DNA of 51,328 nucleotides from Thermostichus sp. DRC_bins_24. Lineage in GTDB: Bacteria > Cyanobacteriota > Cyanobacteriia > Thermostichales > Thermostichaceae. A program made the position numbers and the translations under genes. Within the stretch, counting starts at the first letter, position 1. Each line of letters opens with the position of its first letter. Positions 9,431 through 18,377 of this stretch are shown piece by piece. Below the pieces are notes generated by a model. The model saw nothing but the letters and a program-made list of their open reading frames with translations. It searched no databases and was not told the DNA's origin. The stretch lies in NCBI GenBank assembly GCA_039794845.1, contig JAUQVK010000024.1, forward strand, positions 1 to 51,328, given 5' to 3'.

Positions 9431-9625
9431 AAAATCGGCCCCTCTACTCCTGTTGCCTGGTTCAATTACATAGCCCTTTTTCTCTATCTAATCCCGTGAT
9501 CTGGATCACCCCCAAGTCGGTCGGGCTGGCAGAACCGAGGAGGCTTGTCCTAGCATGGATGGAACTTTGACCTGAGCCGACGACAGCGGTTCTGGAGGTT
9601 TCCCGGACACTTTTTGTGAGCTGCT

Positions 9626-10057
9626 GTGAACGATCTGCTGTCTGACCCCACTTCAGAAGGGCTTTCCTTAGCCGAGATCCGCCGCCTATCCCCTGCAGCC
9701 TTGGCTTATCTGGGGGATGCCATCTATGAACTGCACGTGCGGCGGCGACAGTTGTTTCCTCCGGAGCAGTTGGAGCGCTATCACCGGCAGGTGGTGGGAC
9801 GGGTGCGCGGCTCTGCGCAGGCCAAATTGCTGCTGGCATTGTTGCCCCATCTCAACCCAGAAGAGCAGGAAATTGTCCGTTGGGGGCGCAACGGTTGCGG
9901 GCGTCCACCCCGACATTTGCCCTTGGCGGATTATCAGAACGCCAGTGGTCTGGAAACCGTCCTCGGCTATCTCTACCTGGTGGATCGGGATCGGCTTCGA
10001 CACATTCTCGCTCTCACCGATGTTTTGGCTGAGACCGTAGCGGGGCCGGAAGGCTAG
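9626..10057 (+). CDS. mrnC: Mini-ribonuclease III
   Basis: ALAYLGDAIYEL, WGRN, YQNASGLETVLGYLYL; upstream of rlmB. Confidence 0.92.
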   Translation: MNDLLSDPTSEGLSLAEIRRLSPAALAYLGDAIYELHVRRRQLFPPEQLERYHRQVVGRVRGSAQAKLLLALLPHLNPEEQEIVRWGRNGCGRPPRHLPLADYQNASGLETVLGYLYLVDRDRLRHILALTDVLAETVAGPEG

Positions 10058-10089
10058 GATAATCTTTTGGTCTTTACCGTTCCCCACTC

Positions 10090-11211
10090 ATGCCCAGATC
10101 CCCTCAGCGAAAACCTTCTTTACGACCGTCTCGCGCAGGCAAACCGCAACGGCGAGGAGCAGGGCAGTCTGGCACCAGCCGCGGGCCCAGGCGCAGAGAT
10201 GGGCAGGACATCCCTTCTCCAGCCCTTGCTGAGGCTCCGGTGAAACCGATTCGCCGCACTTGGGAACGGGAACGGCCCAAGCGGGGGATTCGCGCTCAGC
10301 CCCCCCGTGAACGTCGCCGGGATCCCAGCCTTTTAGTTCATAGGTCAGAAGTTCCGTTGGAGGCACCCGCCAGCTCCTCAGGGCAACCCAAAGTCAACCC
10401 GGAACCCGAAACCGAGCCGGAGCAGGAGATCATCTACGGTCGCCAGGCGTTGCTGGCGGCTCTGAGAGCCCAATCCACCCTAAACCGGGTTTGGATTCTG
10501 CCCCGGTTGCGCTACAGCCCGCAATTTTTGCCCCTGCTGGAAGCAGCCAAAGCGCGGGGTACAGTCATCGACGAGGTTTCTTCCCGGCGGCTCAATTTCC
10601 TCACCGATGGAGCCAACCACCAGGGCATTGCTGCCCAAGCCACCCCCTACCGGTACATGGATTTGGAGAGCTTGGTGGAGCAAAGCCAGCAGGCCGGCCC
10701 CAACCCTGTTTTGGTGGTTCTAGACGGGATCCAGGATCCCCACAACCTGGGGGCGATCGCTCGCAGCGTCGAGGCTTTTGGGATGCAGGGCATGGTGATC
10801 CCCCAACGGCGGGCAGCAGGGGTAACCTCGACGGTGCTGAAGGTGGCAGCAGGCGCCCTCTCCACCCTGCCGGTGGCACGGGTGGTGAACTTGAATCGGG
10901 CCTTAGAATACCTCAAGGAGCACGGTTTTTGGGTTTACGGCACCGCCAGCCAGGGATCCGCTCCCGTCTACAGCGCCGATTTTCAACGACCGATCGCTTT
11001 GGTGGTGGGATCCGAAGGGGAAGGGATCAGCCTGCTTACCCAGCGCCACTGCGACCAACTGTTGTCGGTGCCCTTGGCGGGCAAGACCGAAAGCTTGAAT
11101 GCTTCGGTGGCAGCGGGCATTGCCCTCTACGAGATTCACCGGCAGCGCTCTCCCCAACAACTGAACCGTGCCGAGACCGATACATTCCTCAACAAAGGCA
11201 GTAGAATCTAG
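10090..11211 (+). CDS. rlmB: 23S rRNA Gm2251 2'-O-methyltransferase RlmB with basic N-terminal extension
   Basis: HQGIAA, LDGIQDPHNLGAIARS, GSEGEG, ESLNASVA. Confidence 0.95.
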   Translation: MPRSPQRKPSLRPSRAGKPQRRGAGQSGTSRGPRRRDGQDIPSPALAEAPVKPIRRTWERERPKRGIRAQPPRERRRDPSLLVHRSEVPLEAPASSSGQPKVNPEPETEPEQEIIYGRQALLAALRAQSTLNRVWILPRLRYSPQFLPLLEAAKARGTVIDEVSSRRLNFLTDGANHQGIAAQATPYRYMDLESLVEQSQQAGPNPVLVVLDGIQDPHNLGAIARSVEAFGMQGMVIPQRRAAGVTSTVLKVAAGALSTLPVARVVNLNRALEYLKEHGFWVYGTASQGSAPVYSADFQRPIALVVGSEGEGISLLTQRHCDQLLSVPLAGKTESLNASVAAGIALYEIHRQRSPQQLNRAETDTFLNKGSRI

Positions 11212-11267
11212 GGGATTGCAAAAGATGTCGAACGATCATTAACTCTTGTTAATGGGGGAGGGATCCC

Positions 11268-11507
11268 GTGTTTGCTAACCTGCTCGATAAGATCCGCGGC
11301 CTATCGGTCTGGATTGAGATCACCACCGAGGACTGCACCTACTACTATGGCCCTTTCTCCAGCGAGGCAGAAGCAGAGCAGCTCAAAGGCCAGTACATTG
11401 CCGATTTAAAAGCGGAGGGATCCGCAAAGATCCAGGCCCTGGTGAAAAAAATGCGCCAGCCGGAATCTCTGACGGTGGCCCGTACCCCCTCAGGAGCCCG
11501 TTCTTGA
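11268..11507 (+). CDS. DUF1816 family protein
   Basis: WIEITT..CTYYYGPFSS.AEAE...YIADL..EG. Confidence 0.8.
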   Translation: MFANLLDKIRGLSVWIEITTEDCTYYYGPFSSEAEAEQLKGQYIADLKAEGSAKIQALVKKMRQPESLTVARTPSGARS

Positions 11508-11824
11508 TGGCAGCCAACGCTTATCAGGTAACCGTTCATCATCGGGGTCAGACCTACCGGTTCGCCGCGCCTGCGGACAAGCCGGTTTTGCAGGCAGCCT
11601 CTGACCAGGGGATCGAGCTGCCCTCTTCCTGTCAGGCGGGGGTCTGTACCACCTGTGCGGCGCGGTTGAAGTCGGGATCCGTCACGCAAGTGGATGCGAT
11701 GGGGATCGGGCCGGAGCTGAAGGAACAAGGCTTTGTGCTGCTGTGCGTAGCTTATGCTACTTCTGATCTGGAGGTGGAGACGGATCAGGAGGATGAAGTT
11801 TACCGTTTGCAATTTGGTTCCTAG
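11507..11824 (+). CDS. Plant-type 2Fe-2S ferredoxin (minor ferredoxin)
   Basis: LPSSCQAGVCTTCAA and LLCVAY. Confidence 0.93.
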   Translation: MAANAYQVTVHHRGQTYRFAAPADKPVLQAASDQGIELPSSCQAGVCTTCAARLKSGSVTQVDAMGIGPELKEQGFVLLCVAYATSDLEVETDQEDEVYRLQFGS

Positions 11825-11847
11825 GTTTTCTGGTTTTCTGCCTCCCG

Positions 11848-12912
11848 GTGAAGTTGCATCTGTTGCGCCTATCGGTGCCCCTGAGTTTTCCCCTCTCTGC
11901 CCCTCAGTTGGAGCAGTCCCTCTGTCGGCAGCTGGCTCAGGAGTTGGGTCAGCCCGCGCAGCTCCTGCGGTGGAGTCTTACAGCTGTGGAAGAGGCTCGG
12001 GCCTGGGTAGAGGTGGTGGCCACCACAACCTTGCCGGTATACCCTAAGCTCATGTCTGCACCGGAATCCGAACCTGCTCTGGCCGATCTGCATCCCCCTG
12101 TCGCCCTCACCATTGCCGGATCCGACAGTGGTGGTGGGGCGGGCATTCAAGCGGATTTGCGCACCTTTGCCTTTCAGCGGGTGCATGGCACCTCGGCTGT
12201 AACCTGCATCACCGCCCAAAATACCCTTGGGGTGAGCCGTGTGGATGGGTTACCCCCACAAGCCGTGGCTGCCCAAATCGAGGCTGTGGTGCAGGATATC
12301 GGGGTACAGGGGAGCAAAACAGGCATGTTGCTGAATGCCGAGATTGTGCTGGAGGTGGCCCGCCAGGTGGAGCGATTGAGGCTACAGCCCTTGGTGGTGG
12401 ATCCGGTGATGGTGTCGCGCACGGGGGCAACGTTGCTGGCACCAGAAGCGATGCAGGCGATTCGAGAACGGCTGATCCCCTTGGCCCAGGTGCTGACCCC
12501 CAACCGTTACGAGGCGCAAATTTTGTCCGGTCTAGAGCTGCACTCTCTGGAGGACATGAAAGCTGCCGCCGAACGGATTGCATCCCAGGGATCCGCAGCC
12601 GTGCTGGTGAAGGGGGGCGGTATGCCAGGGGATCTGCAGGGGGTAGATGTGTGGTTTGACGGGCAACGGCTGGAGGTGCTGAAAACGGAGCGGATCCCGA
12701 CGCGCCATACCCACGGCACCGGCTGCACCCTCTCGGCGGCGATCGCAGCACAACTGGCTTGGGGGAAGGATCCTTTTGCGGCAACGGTTGCGGCCAAAGC
12801 CTATGTCACAGAAGCCTTGCGCCATCCCCTCGCCATTGGATCTGGGCAGGGGCCTGTGGGCCATTTTTACCCGCTTTTGACCGGTGGGAAGAAAAACTCA
12901 CCGGCGGGCTAG
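11848..12912 (+). CDS. thiD: Hydroxymethylpyrimidine/phosphomethylpyrimidine kinase ThiD with an N-terminal extra domain
   Basis: ALTIAGSDSGGGAGIQADL, TAQNT, KTGML, DPVMVS, TPN, HGTGCTLS. Confidence 0.93.
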   Translation: MKLHLLRLSVPLSFPLSAPQLEQSLCRQLAQELGQPAQLLRWSLTAVEEARAWVEVVATTTLPVYPKLMSAPESEPALADLHPPVALTIAGSDSGGGAGIQADLRTFAFQRVHGTSAVTCITAQNTLGVSRVDGLPPQAVAAQIEAVVQDIGVQGSKTGMLLNAEIVLEVARQVERLRLQPLVVDPVMVSRTGATLLAPEAMQAIRERLIPLAQVLTPNRYEAQILSGLELHSLEDMKAAAERIASQGSAAVLVKGGGMPGDLQGVDVWFDGQRLEVLKTERIPTRHTHGTGCTLSAAIAAQLAWGKDPFAATVAAKAYVTEALRHPLAIGSGQGPVGHFYPLLTGGKKNSPAG

Positions 12913-14352
12913 GGCCGCCTCGTAAACCCGTTGATTGGCCTGCAGGGATCCGGCCAAATCCACCACTGGGCGGGGGTAGTTCACCCCCAGTTGCACCCCA
13001 AACTGTTTCTGCTCAGCAGCATTGAGACGATAGGGCTCGTGAATTTTATCCCCAGGGATCCCGGCCAATTCCGGCAACCAGTGGCGCAAGTAGTCTCCTT
13101 TGGGGTCGTAGTCACGGGATTGCTTGGGAATGTTGAAGTAGCGAAAACCACGGGCATCATTGCCCACCCCGGCACTGTAGTTCCAGTTGCCGTAGTTGCT
13201 GGCCACGTCGTAGTCGATCAGCAGCGATTCAAACCATTCTGCCCCCATGCGCCAGTCGATGCCCAGGTTCTTGGTTAAAAAGCTGGCCACATTCTGCCGC
13301 CCGCGATTGGACATAAAGCCTGTTGCCGCCAACTCCCGCATATTGGCATCCACCAAAGGGTAGCCCGTCTCCCCCCGACACCAAGCCTGAAAGCGCGGCC
13401 AATCCTGCTGCCAAGGAATGGGGATCCCTTGCAAACCAGAAGGGCGAAACAGCCTGCGACCGTGCTTGGCCAGGATGAAGCGGAAATAATCCCGCCAGAG
13501 CAGCTCAAACACCAACCAGTAGGTAGACTCGTTGCGCACCCGTTCTTGTTCGTAGCGGCCCACCTCAGCATAAATACTGCGGGGAGAAATACAGCCCAAC
13601 GCCAACCAAGCAGAGAGCCGCGACCCATCTTCAGGATTCAACATGCCGTTGCGGGTTTCCTTGTACAGTCGCAGCCGGTCTTGATCCCAGAAATAGCTTT
13701 GGATGCGGGCCTGGGCAGCCCCACTTCCACCCCTATAGGTGAAGCGCGCTCGTGGATCTGTGGGGGGCAACGACAACCCCAACTCCGGCAGCGTCGGCAA
13801 CGGGCCCGGCTCCAGCCCCGGTGGCAGCGGGGGAAGGTTGGGGAGGGGCAAGGGATCCCGTACGGAGCTCTCGGCCTCTACCTGTTGGCGAAAGCGGGTG
13901 AACAGCTCCGGCACTTTGGCAATGGGGAAGGGGAGATCCTGCGGATGGTAGAGGGTATGGCCCCAAAAGGTGTGCAGAGGAATGCCTTGCAGGGCGGCCT
14001 TAAGGGCTTGGGTGACGGTTTCCTCTTCAGTGCCGACTTCTTCATGGGCGTAAACGGCGCTTACTCCCCAAGCTTGGGCCAAGGCCGGGATCACCTCTTC
14101 CGGCCGGCCCTGTCGAATCACCAGATCAGACCCGTGAGCTTGCAGCGCCTGTCGCAGATCCGCCAAACTCTCCAACAAAAACTGAGCCCGAAAGGCCCCG
14201 GTTTTGGCAAATCCGAACGCAGTTTGCCCAAAGTGTCGCGGATCCAGGCAATACAGCGGAATGAGCGGGGATCCCTGGCGACAGGCTTCTGTCAAAGGCT
14301 GGTGGTCCAGCAGGCGCAAATCGCTGCGAAACCAGAGCAAAGTGGCTATCAT
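12898..14352 (-). CDS. Cryptochrome DASH
   Basis: WFRSDLR, FAKTGAFRAQFL, YKETRNGM, LLWRDYF, GFMSNRGRQNVASFL, AGVGNDARGFRYFNI. Confidence 0.93.
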   Translation of the reverse strand: MIATLLWFRSDLRLLDHQPLTEACRQGSPLIPLYCLDPRHFGQTAFGFAKTGAFRAQFLLESLADLRQALQAHGSDLVIRQGRPEEVIPALAQAWGVSAVYAHEEVGTEEETVTQALKAALQGIPLHTFWGHTLYHPQDLPFPIAKVPELFTRFRQQVEAESSVRDPLPLPNLPPLPPGLEPGPLPTLPELGLSLPPTDPRARFTYRGGSGAAQARIQSYFWDQDRLRLYKETRNGMLNPEDGSRLSAWLALGCISPRSIYAEVGRYEQERVRNESTYWLVFELLWRDYFRFILAKHGRRLFRPSGLQGIPIPWQQDWPRFQAWCRGETGYPLVDANMRELAATGFMSNRGRQNVASFLTKNLGIDWRMGAEWFESLLIDYDVASNYGNWNYSAGVGNDARGFRYFNIPKQSRDYDPKGDYLRHWLPELAGIPGDKIHEPYRLNAAEQKQFGVQLGVNYPRPVVDLAGSLQANQRVYEAALARR

Positions 14353-14361
14353 GCTGCCATC

Positions 14362-14670
14362 TTAAACGGGCTTGGCCTGTCCTGAAGCGGGGGGATCGAC
14401 AGCAGGACGCCCCAGCTCCGGGCTAGGCACAAAATGGGGCACCGCAGCAGCCGGGATCTGAATCGGGGCTTTGGTGCGGGGGTGATAGGTTTGCCGGGCC
14501 GCACGATGTCGCAATGAGAAGGTGCCAAAGCGAGCCAGCCGCACGGATCCCCCTTGGGCCAAACATTGACTGATGCTCTCCAGCATTGCCTCCAGGGCAG
14601 CGGCAGCCATATCCACCGTCAAGCCATCGACTTGTGCAGCCATCTGGCGGGCCAGCAAGCGGCGATTCAA
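14362..14670 (-). CDS. HU/IHF family DNA-bending protein (divergent)
   Basis: VRLARFGTFSLRHRAARQTYHPRTKAPIQIPAAAVPHF; likely TTG start at 14670 (MNRRLLA). Confidence 0.85.
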   Translation of the reverse strand: MNRRLLARQMAAQVDGLTVDMAAAALEAMLESISQCLAQGGSVRLARFGTFSLRHRAARQTYHPRTKAPIQIPAAAVPHFVPSPELGRPAVDPPASGQAKPV

Positions 14671-14846
14671 ATGGGGAGGAGGCAAAACCAAGGGATCACC
14701 ATCTAGACAAAAGCTGTAGGGAGTTCTCAACCTTTTGTTCCCAAAAAACTTTCTTGGGCCTACCCATCTGTACCTGACCTTAAGCCCTTCTGCCAACCCA
14801 GTCCGTTTGCCTAGAATCGAGCAAGAGCCAACTCCAGGAGGAGACT

Positions 14847-15983
14847 ATGGATCAATCCGCCGCCGTCCTGCCGTTACAGGCCCCCAAAGACGTCTCCATC
14901 GAAGATATCGAGCAGGAACTGAACAAGATCTGGTCTTCGAAAGGAGATAGTGTTGCCGCCCGTGCCGCCACCTTTACCCTGGTGGTTTACGAATCTTTAG
15001 ACGATGCGCTGCTGCTGCCTTCTCCCACCGTGGAGGCCATCGCCACCCAAAACCCCTGCCGAGTTATCGATTTGCGTTCCAAACGAGAGGGCTCCGCAGA
15101 CGACACCATCGAAGCGCAAGTGGCGGCCTATTGTCCAGTCACCCGCGAACAGCGCAGCTCTTTGGTGTGCTGCGAATACATCACCCTCAAAGCGCCGGAA
15201 TCTGCCTTTGTGCGGGCCTGTAGTACAGTGGCCTCGCTGTTGATCCCGACCTTGCCGACGTTCTTGTGGTGGCAAGGGGATCTGGATTTGAACAGCCTGC
15301 TTTTTCAAAAGTTGGTTTCTCTCAGCAACCGCGTCATCGTTGATTCCCGAGGCTTTGTTAATCCCGAGGAAGATCTGCGGGAAATGCACCTGCTCACCAC
15401 CGAGGGCCGCCAGTGTGGCGATTTGAATTGGAAACGGCTTAGCTCTTGGCAGGAACTCACCGCCCAAGCCTTCGACCCCCCCGATCGGCGCGAGGCCCTA
15501 CAATCGGTGGATCGCGTGACCCTCGACTACAAAGCCGGCAATCCCTGTCAGGCCTTCCTTTTCTTGGGCTGGTTGGCCAGTCGCCTCGGGTGGACTCCCA
15601 CCGAACGGGTACAAACCCAGGAACACGATTATTTGATCGACCGCATTCGCTTCCAAACCCAGACTGGTGGCGAGGTTGTGGCAGAACTGGCAGCCGTGCC
15701 CTTGGCTTCGGAAATGACCCAGCCGGGAGATCTGATTGGGATGCGCCTGACTTCTTCCGATATTCGTGCAGATGCCTGTACGGTGCTGTGTTCCGAAACC
15801 ACAGGCTGTATGCGGATGGAGGCAATGGGTGGAGCCCAGAGCTGCGTCATTCGCCAGGTAGCCCCAATCGAGCACGACAATCTCGATACGCTCCTTGCCG
15901 CTGAGTTGCAGCGGCTTGGTGCCGATCACCTTTATGAGGAAACGTTGGTAGTGGTGGATCAAATCCTCAAGTTGGCGCTTTGA
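14847..15983 (+). CDS. opcA: Glucose-6-phosphate dehydrogenase assembly protein OpcA
   Basis: LQAPKDVS, RAATFTLVVYE, NPCRVI, VAAYCPV, LVCCEYITL, DLNWKRLSSWQE; strong GGAGG RBS. Confidence 0.93.
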   Translation: MDQSAAVLPLQAPKDVSIEDIEQELNKIWSSKGDSVAARAATFTLVVYESLDDALLLPSPTVEAIATQNPCRVIDLRSKREGSADDTIEAQVAAYCPVTREQRSSLVCCEYITLKAPESAFVRACSTVASLLIPTLPTFLWWQGDLDLNSLLFQKLVSLSNRVIVDSRGFVNPEEDLREMHLLTTEGRQCGDLNWKRLSSWQELTAQAFDPPDRREALQSVDRVTLDYKAGNPCQAFLFLGWLASRLGWTPTERVQTQEHDYLIDRIRFQTQTGGEVVAELAAVPLASEMTQPGDLIGMRLTSSDIRADACTVLCSETTGCMRMEAMGGAQSCVIRQVAPIEHDNLDTLLAAELQRLGADHLYEETLVVVDQILKLAL

Positions 15984-16025
15984 ATGACAATTCTCTGAAC
16001 GGCAACTTTAGGTAGGGACCCCAAA

Positions 16026-16053
16026 AGCCCCCTTCCATCTCTGGAAGGAGGCT
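16026..16053 (-). terminator. Intrinsic terminator hairpin between convergent opcA and HLIP genes
   Basis: Minus strand AGCCTCCTTCCA-GAGA-TGGAAGGGGGCT followed by T residues. Confidence 0.65.
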
Positions 16054-16136
16054 CTCTGCCGAGCTAAGCATTCATCCCAATGCAGCTAGAACGCTGTCGT
16101 CAACACGCAGGTAGCAGCAGGGATCCCAGCGAAGGC

Positions 16137-16445
16137 TTAGCGCAACCCCAGTGCAGCAGCAAATACACTGTGGCCAACAAGAGCCTCCACTGCAATGCTG
16201 ATGACAAACCCGAGCATCGCCAAGCGACCGTTCCAGCGCTCTGCTTTTTCGGTCCAGCCAATTTCCCACTCGGGCGGGGTTTCGCCGTCTTGACCATACT
16301 GCGGCACATACTGTGGGCGACTGGCACCCTCCCAGCCGGCGGGACGCTTGGAGTTGAAGAAGGCCATCGACCCAACTGCAACAGCAGCCACCAGTCCGGC
16401 CACCATCACACCAACATAGAGAAGCAAGGGATTGTCAGTCATCAT
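16137..16445 (-). CDS. Psb35-like domain fused to a high-light-inducible (CAB/HLIP) helix
   Basis: N-part AAVAVGSMAFFNSKRPAGWEGASRP; C-part GWTEKAERWNGRLAMLG (ExxNxR). Confidence 0.8.
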   Translation of the reverse strand: MMTDNPLLLYVGVMVAGLVAAVAVGSMAFFNSKRPAGWEGASRPQYVPQYGQDGETPPEWEIGWTEKAERWNGRLAMLGFVISIAVEALVGHSVFAAALGLR

Positions 16446-16541
16446 CGGCTCAAGAGAGTGAGTGTGGACAGGTTCGGGCTTTCCTAAACAGAGATAAAGC
16501 TCCGTTTAGACTCTATCTGTTTCGACTCTATTTACGAAGGA

Positions 16542-16760
16542 TTATTGCAGGCCCAGCCACTGCGCAAGAGTGCTGGCGAAAACACTGTGGCCCAAAGCCG
16601 CTTCCATACCGACGCTGATCACCAGACCCAGCATGGCCAGGCGGCCGTTCCAGCGTTCCGCTTGCTCAGTCCAGCCCGGAATCCAGTCATTGGTGGTGTC
16701 GTAGTACTGAGCAACGGCGGCAGAGTCCATGCGAGAAGGAATTCGAGGAGATGCTTGCAT
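16542..16760 (-). CDS. High-light-inducible protein (HLIP/SCP)
   Basis: GWTEQAERWNGRLAMLG; GAGG RBS before the ATG at 16760. Confidence 0.93.
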   Translation of the reverse strand: MQASPRIPSRMDSAAVAQYYDTTNDWIPGWTEQAERWNGRLAMLGLVISVGMEAALGHSVFASTLAQWLGLQ

Positions 16761-16780
16761 TGTCAATACCTCTATCGCTT

Positions 16781-16798
16781 TATGTAACTAAACTTAAC
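16781..16798 (-). promoter_or_regulatory. HLR1-like (RpaB) direct repeat upstream of hli
   Basis: Minus strand GTTAAGTT-TA-GTTACATA approximates (G/T)TTACAWW-N2 repeats typical of hli promoters. Confidence 0.7.
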
Positions 16799-16929
16799 AC
16801 AATATTACAATCTGTGACAAGTGCTGGGGATCCCTGGGTGTTGGATCAGGGCAGGCAGAGTTGTTTATGCTCCCGGTGCCGGCTCAGAGCGATGTCATAC
16901 TGAGGGAGATAGGCTTTTTTGCACAGACT

Positions 16930-18207
16930 ATGGCCGTATCCCCCCTTTCTCTTCCTAAGGTTGATCAAGCTGCTGACCTGGCTGCCCAGGTGCGGTCAGA
17001 TTTTCCGATTTTGCAACGCCAAGTCCACGGCCATCCGTTGATCTACTTCGACAACGCCGCCACCTCCCAAAAGCCCCTTGCGGTTTTGCGAGCGATGGAG
17101 CATTACTACCAGTACTCCAATGCCAATGTGCATCGCGGGGTACATACCCTCAGCAACGAAGCCACCGATGCCTATGAGGGGGCACGGGAAAGGATCGCCC
17201 GTTTTATCAACGCTCCTTCACCCCAGCAGATCATCTACACCCGCAATGCCAGCGAAGCCATCAATTTGGTGGCCTATAGCTGGGGCATGAGCAGCCTCAG
17301 CCGTGGGGATGAGATCATCCTCTCGGTGATGGAGCACCACAGCAACTTGATCCCGTGGCAGTTGGTGGCTCAAAAGACCGGCGCTGTGCTCAAGTTTATT
17401 CAGGTTACCCCCGAGGGCGAGTTGGATCTGGAGCATTACCAGTCTTTGCTTGGCGATCGCACCCGGTTGGTGGCAGTGGTGCAGGTCTCGAACATGTTGG
17501 GATCCCTAAGCCCGGTGCAAGAGGTCATCGGGTTGGCGCATCGCTATGGAGCCAAGGTGTTACTGGATGCCTGCCAGAGTGTGCCCCATCTGCCGGTGGA
17601 TGTGCAGGCGTTGAATTGCGATTGGCTGGCCTTCTCCGGCCATAAAATGTGTGGCCCCACCGGTATTGGCGTGCTCTACGGCAAGCGGGATCTGTTGCGG
17701 GCGATGCCACCGTTTTTGGGTGGGGGTGAGATGATCGCCGATGTGTACTTGGATCACGCCACCTATGCCGATATTCCCCACAAGTTTGAGGCCGGTACTC
17801 CGGCAATCGCTCAGGCTGTGGGGTTGGGAGCAGCAGTTGATTATTTAAGCGAAATCGGGCTGGAGCGGGTTCATGCCCACGAGCAACGCTTGATGGCTCG
17901 CCTGCTAGAAGGGATCCAACGCATACCGGGCATCACAATTTACGGTCCTACGAATCCGGCGCGGCGGGCGGGTTTGCTGAGTTTTTCCGCCGAGGCCATT
18001 CACCCCCACGATTTGTCCACCTTGTTGGATGAACACGGCATTGCCATTCGAGCGGGGCACCATTGCACACAGCCCCTGCATCGCCATTTGCGGGTGCAAT
18101 CGACGGCACGAGCCAGTGTTTACCTTTACAACACGCTGGCGGAGGTGGATCGCTTCTTGGAGGTGTTGGCGGAGGCGGTGGAGTTCTTTAGCGTCGCCTT
18201 GAGTTAA
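16930..18207 (+). CDS. sufS: Cysteine desulfurase SufS
   Basis: YFDNAATSQKP, ANVHRG, MEHHSN, SGHKMCGPTG, RAGHHC; likely start is the ATG at 16930. Confidence 0.96.
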   Translation: MAVSPLSLPKVDQAADLAAQVRSDFPILQRQVHGHPLIYFDNAATSQKPLAVLRAMEHYYQYSNANVHRGVHTLSNEATDAYEGARERIARFINAPSPQQIIYTRNASEAINLVAYSWGMSSLSRGDEIILSVMEHHSNLIPWQLVAQKTGAVLKFIQVTPEGELDLEHYQSLLGDRTRLVAVVQVSNMLGSLSPVQEVIGLAHRYGAKVLLDACQSVPHLPVDVQALNCDWLAFSGHKMCGPTGIGVLYGKRDLLRAMPPFLGGGEMIADVYLDHATYADIPHKFEAGTPAIAQAVGLGAAVDYLSEIGLERVHAHEQRLMARLLEGIQRIPGITIYGPTNPARRAGLLSFSAEAIHPHDLSTLLDEHGIAIRAGHHCTQPLHRHLRVQSTARASVYLYNTLAEVDRFLEVLAEAVEFFSVALS

Positions 18208-18311
18208 CTTTGTTGAAGGGGTTGGGGGAACCACAAGTCCTGCGCTGACTCCTGTGAGTTAGCAATGTTGGGCGTTGTGCGTCAGGCCGCGTATCCGTTG
18301 AACTTTAACAG

Positions 18312-18363
18312 TGGATCAAGTTACAGATGTGAGTTGACTGTAGCACCTGCAGATCTTGATCCA
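18312..18363. terminator. Inverted repeat TGGATCAAG...CTTGATCCA downstream of cydB
   Basis: 9-bp perfect arms between convergent sufS and cydB. Confidence 0.4.
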
Positions 18364-18377
18364 AGTTGCCAGCTAGC

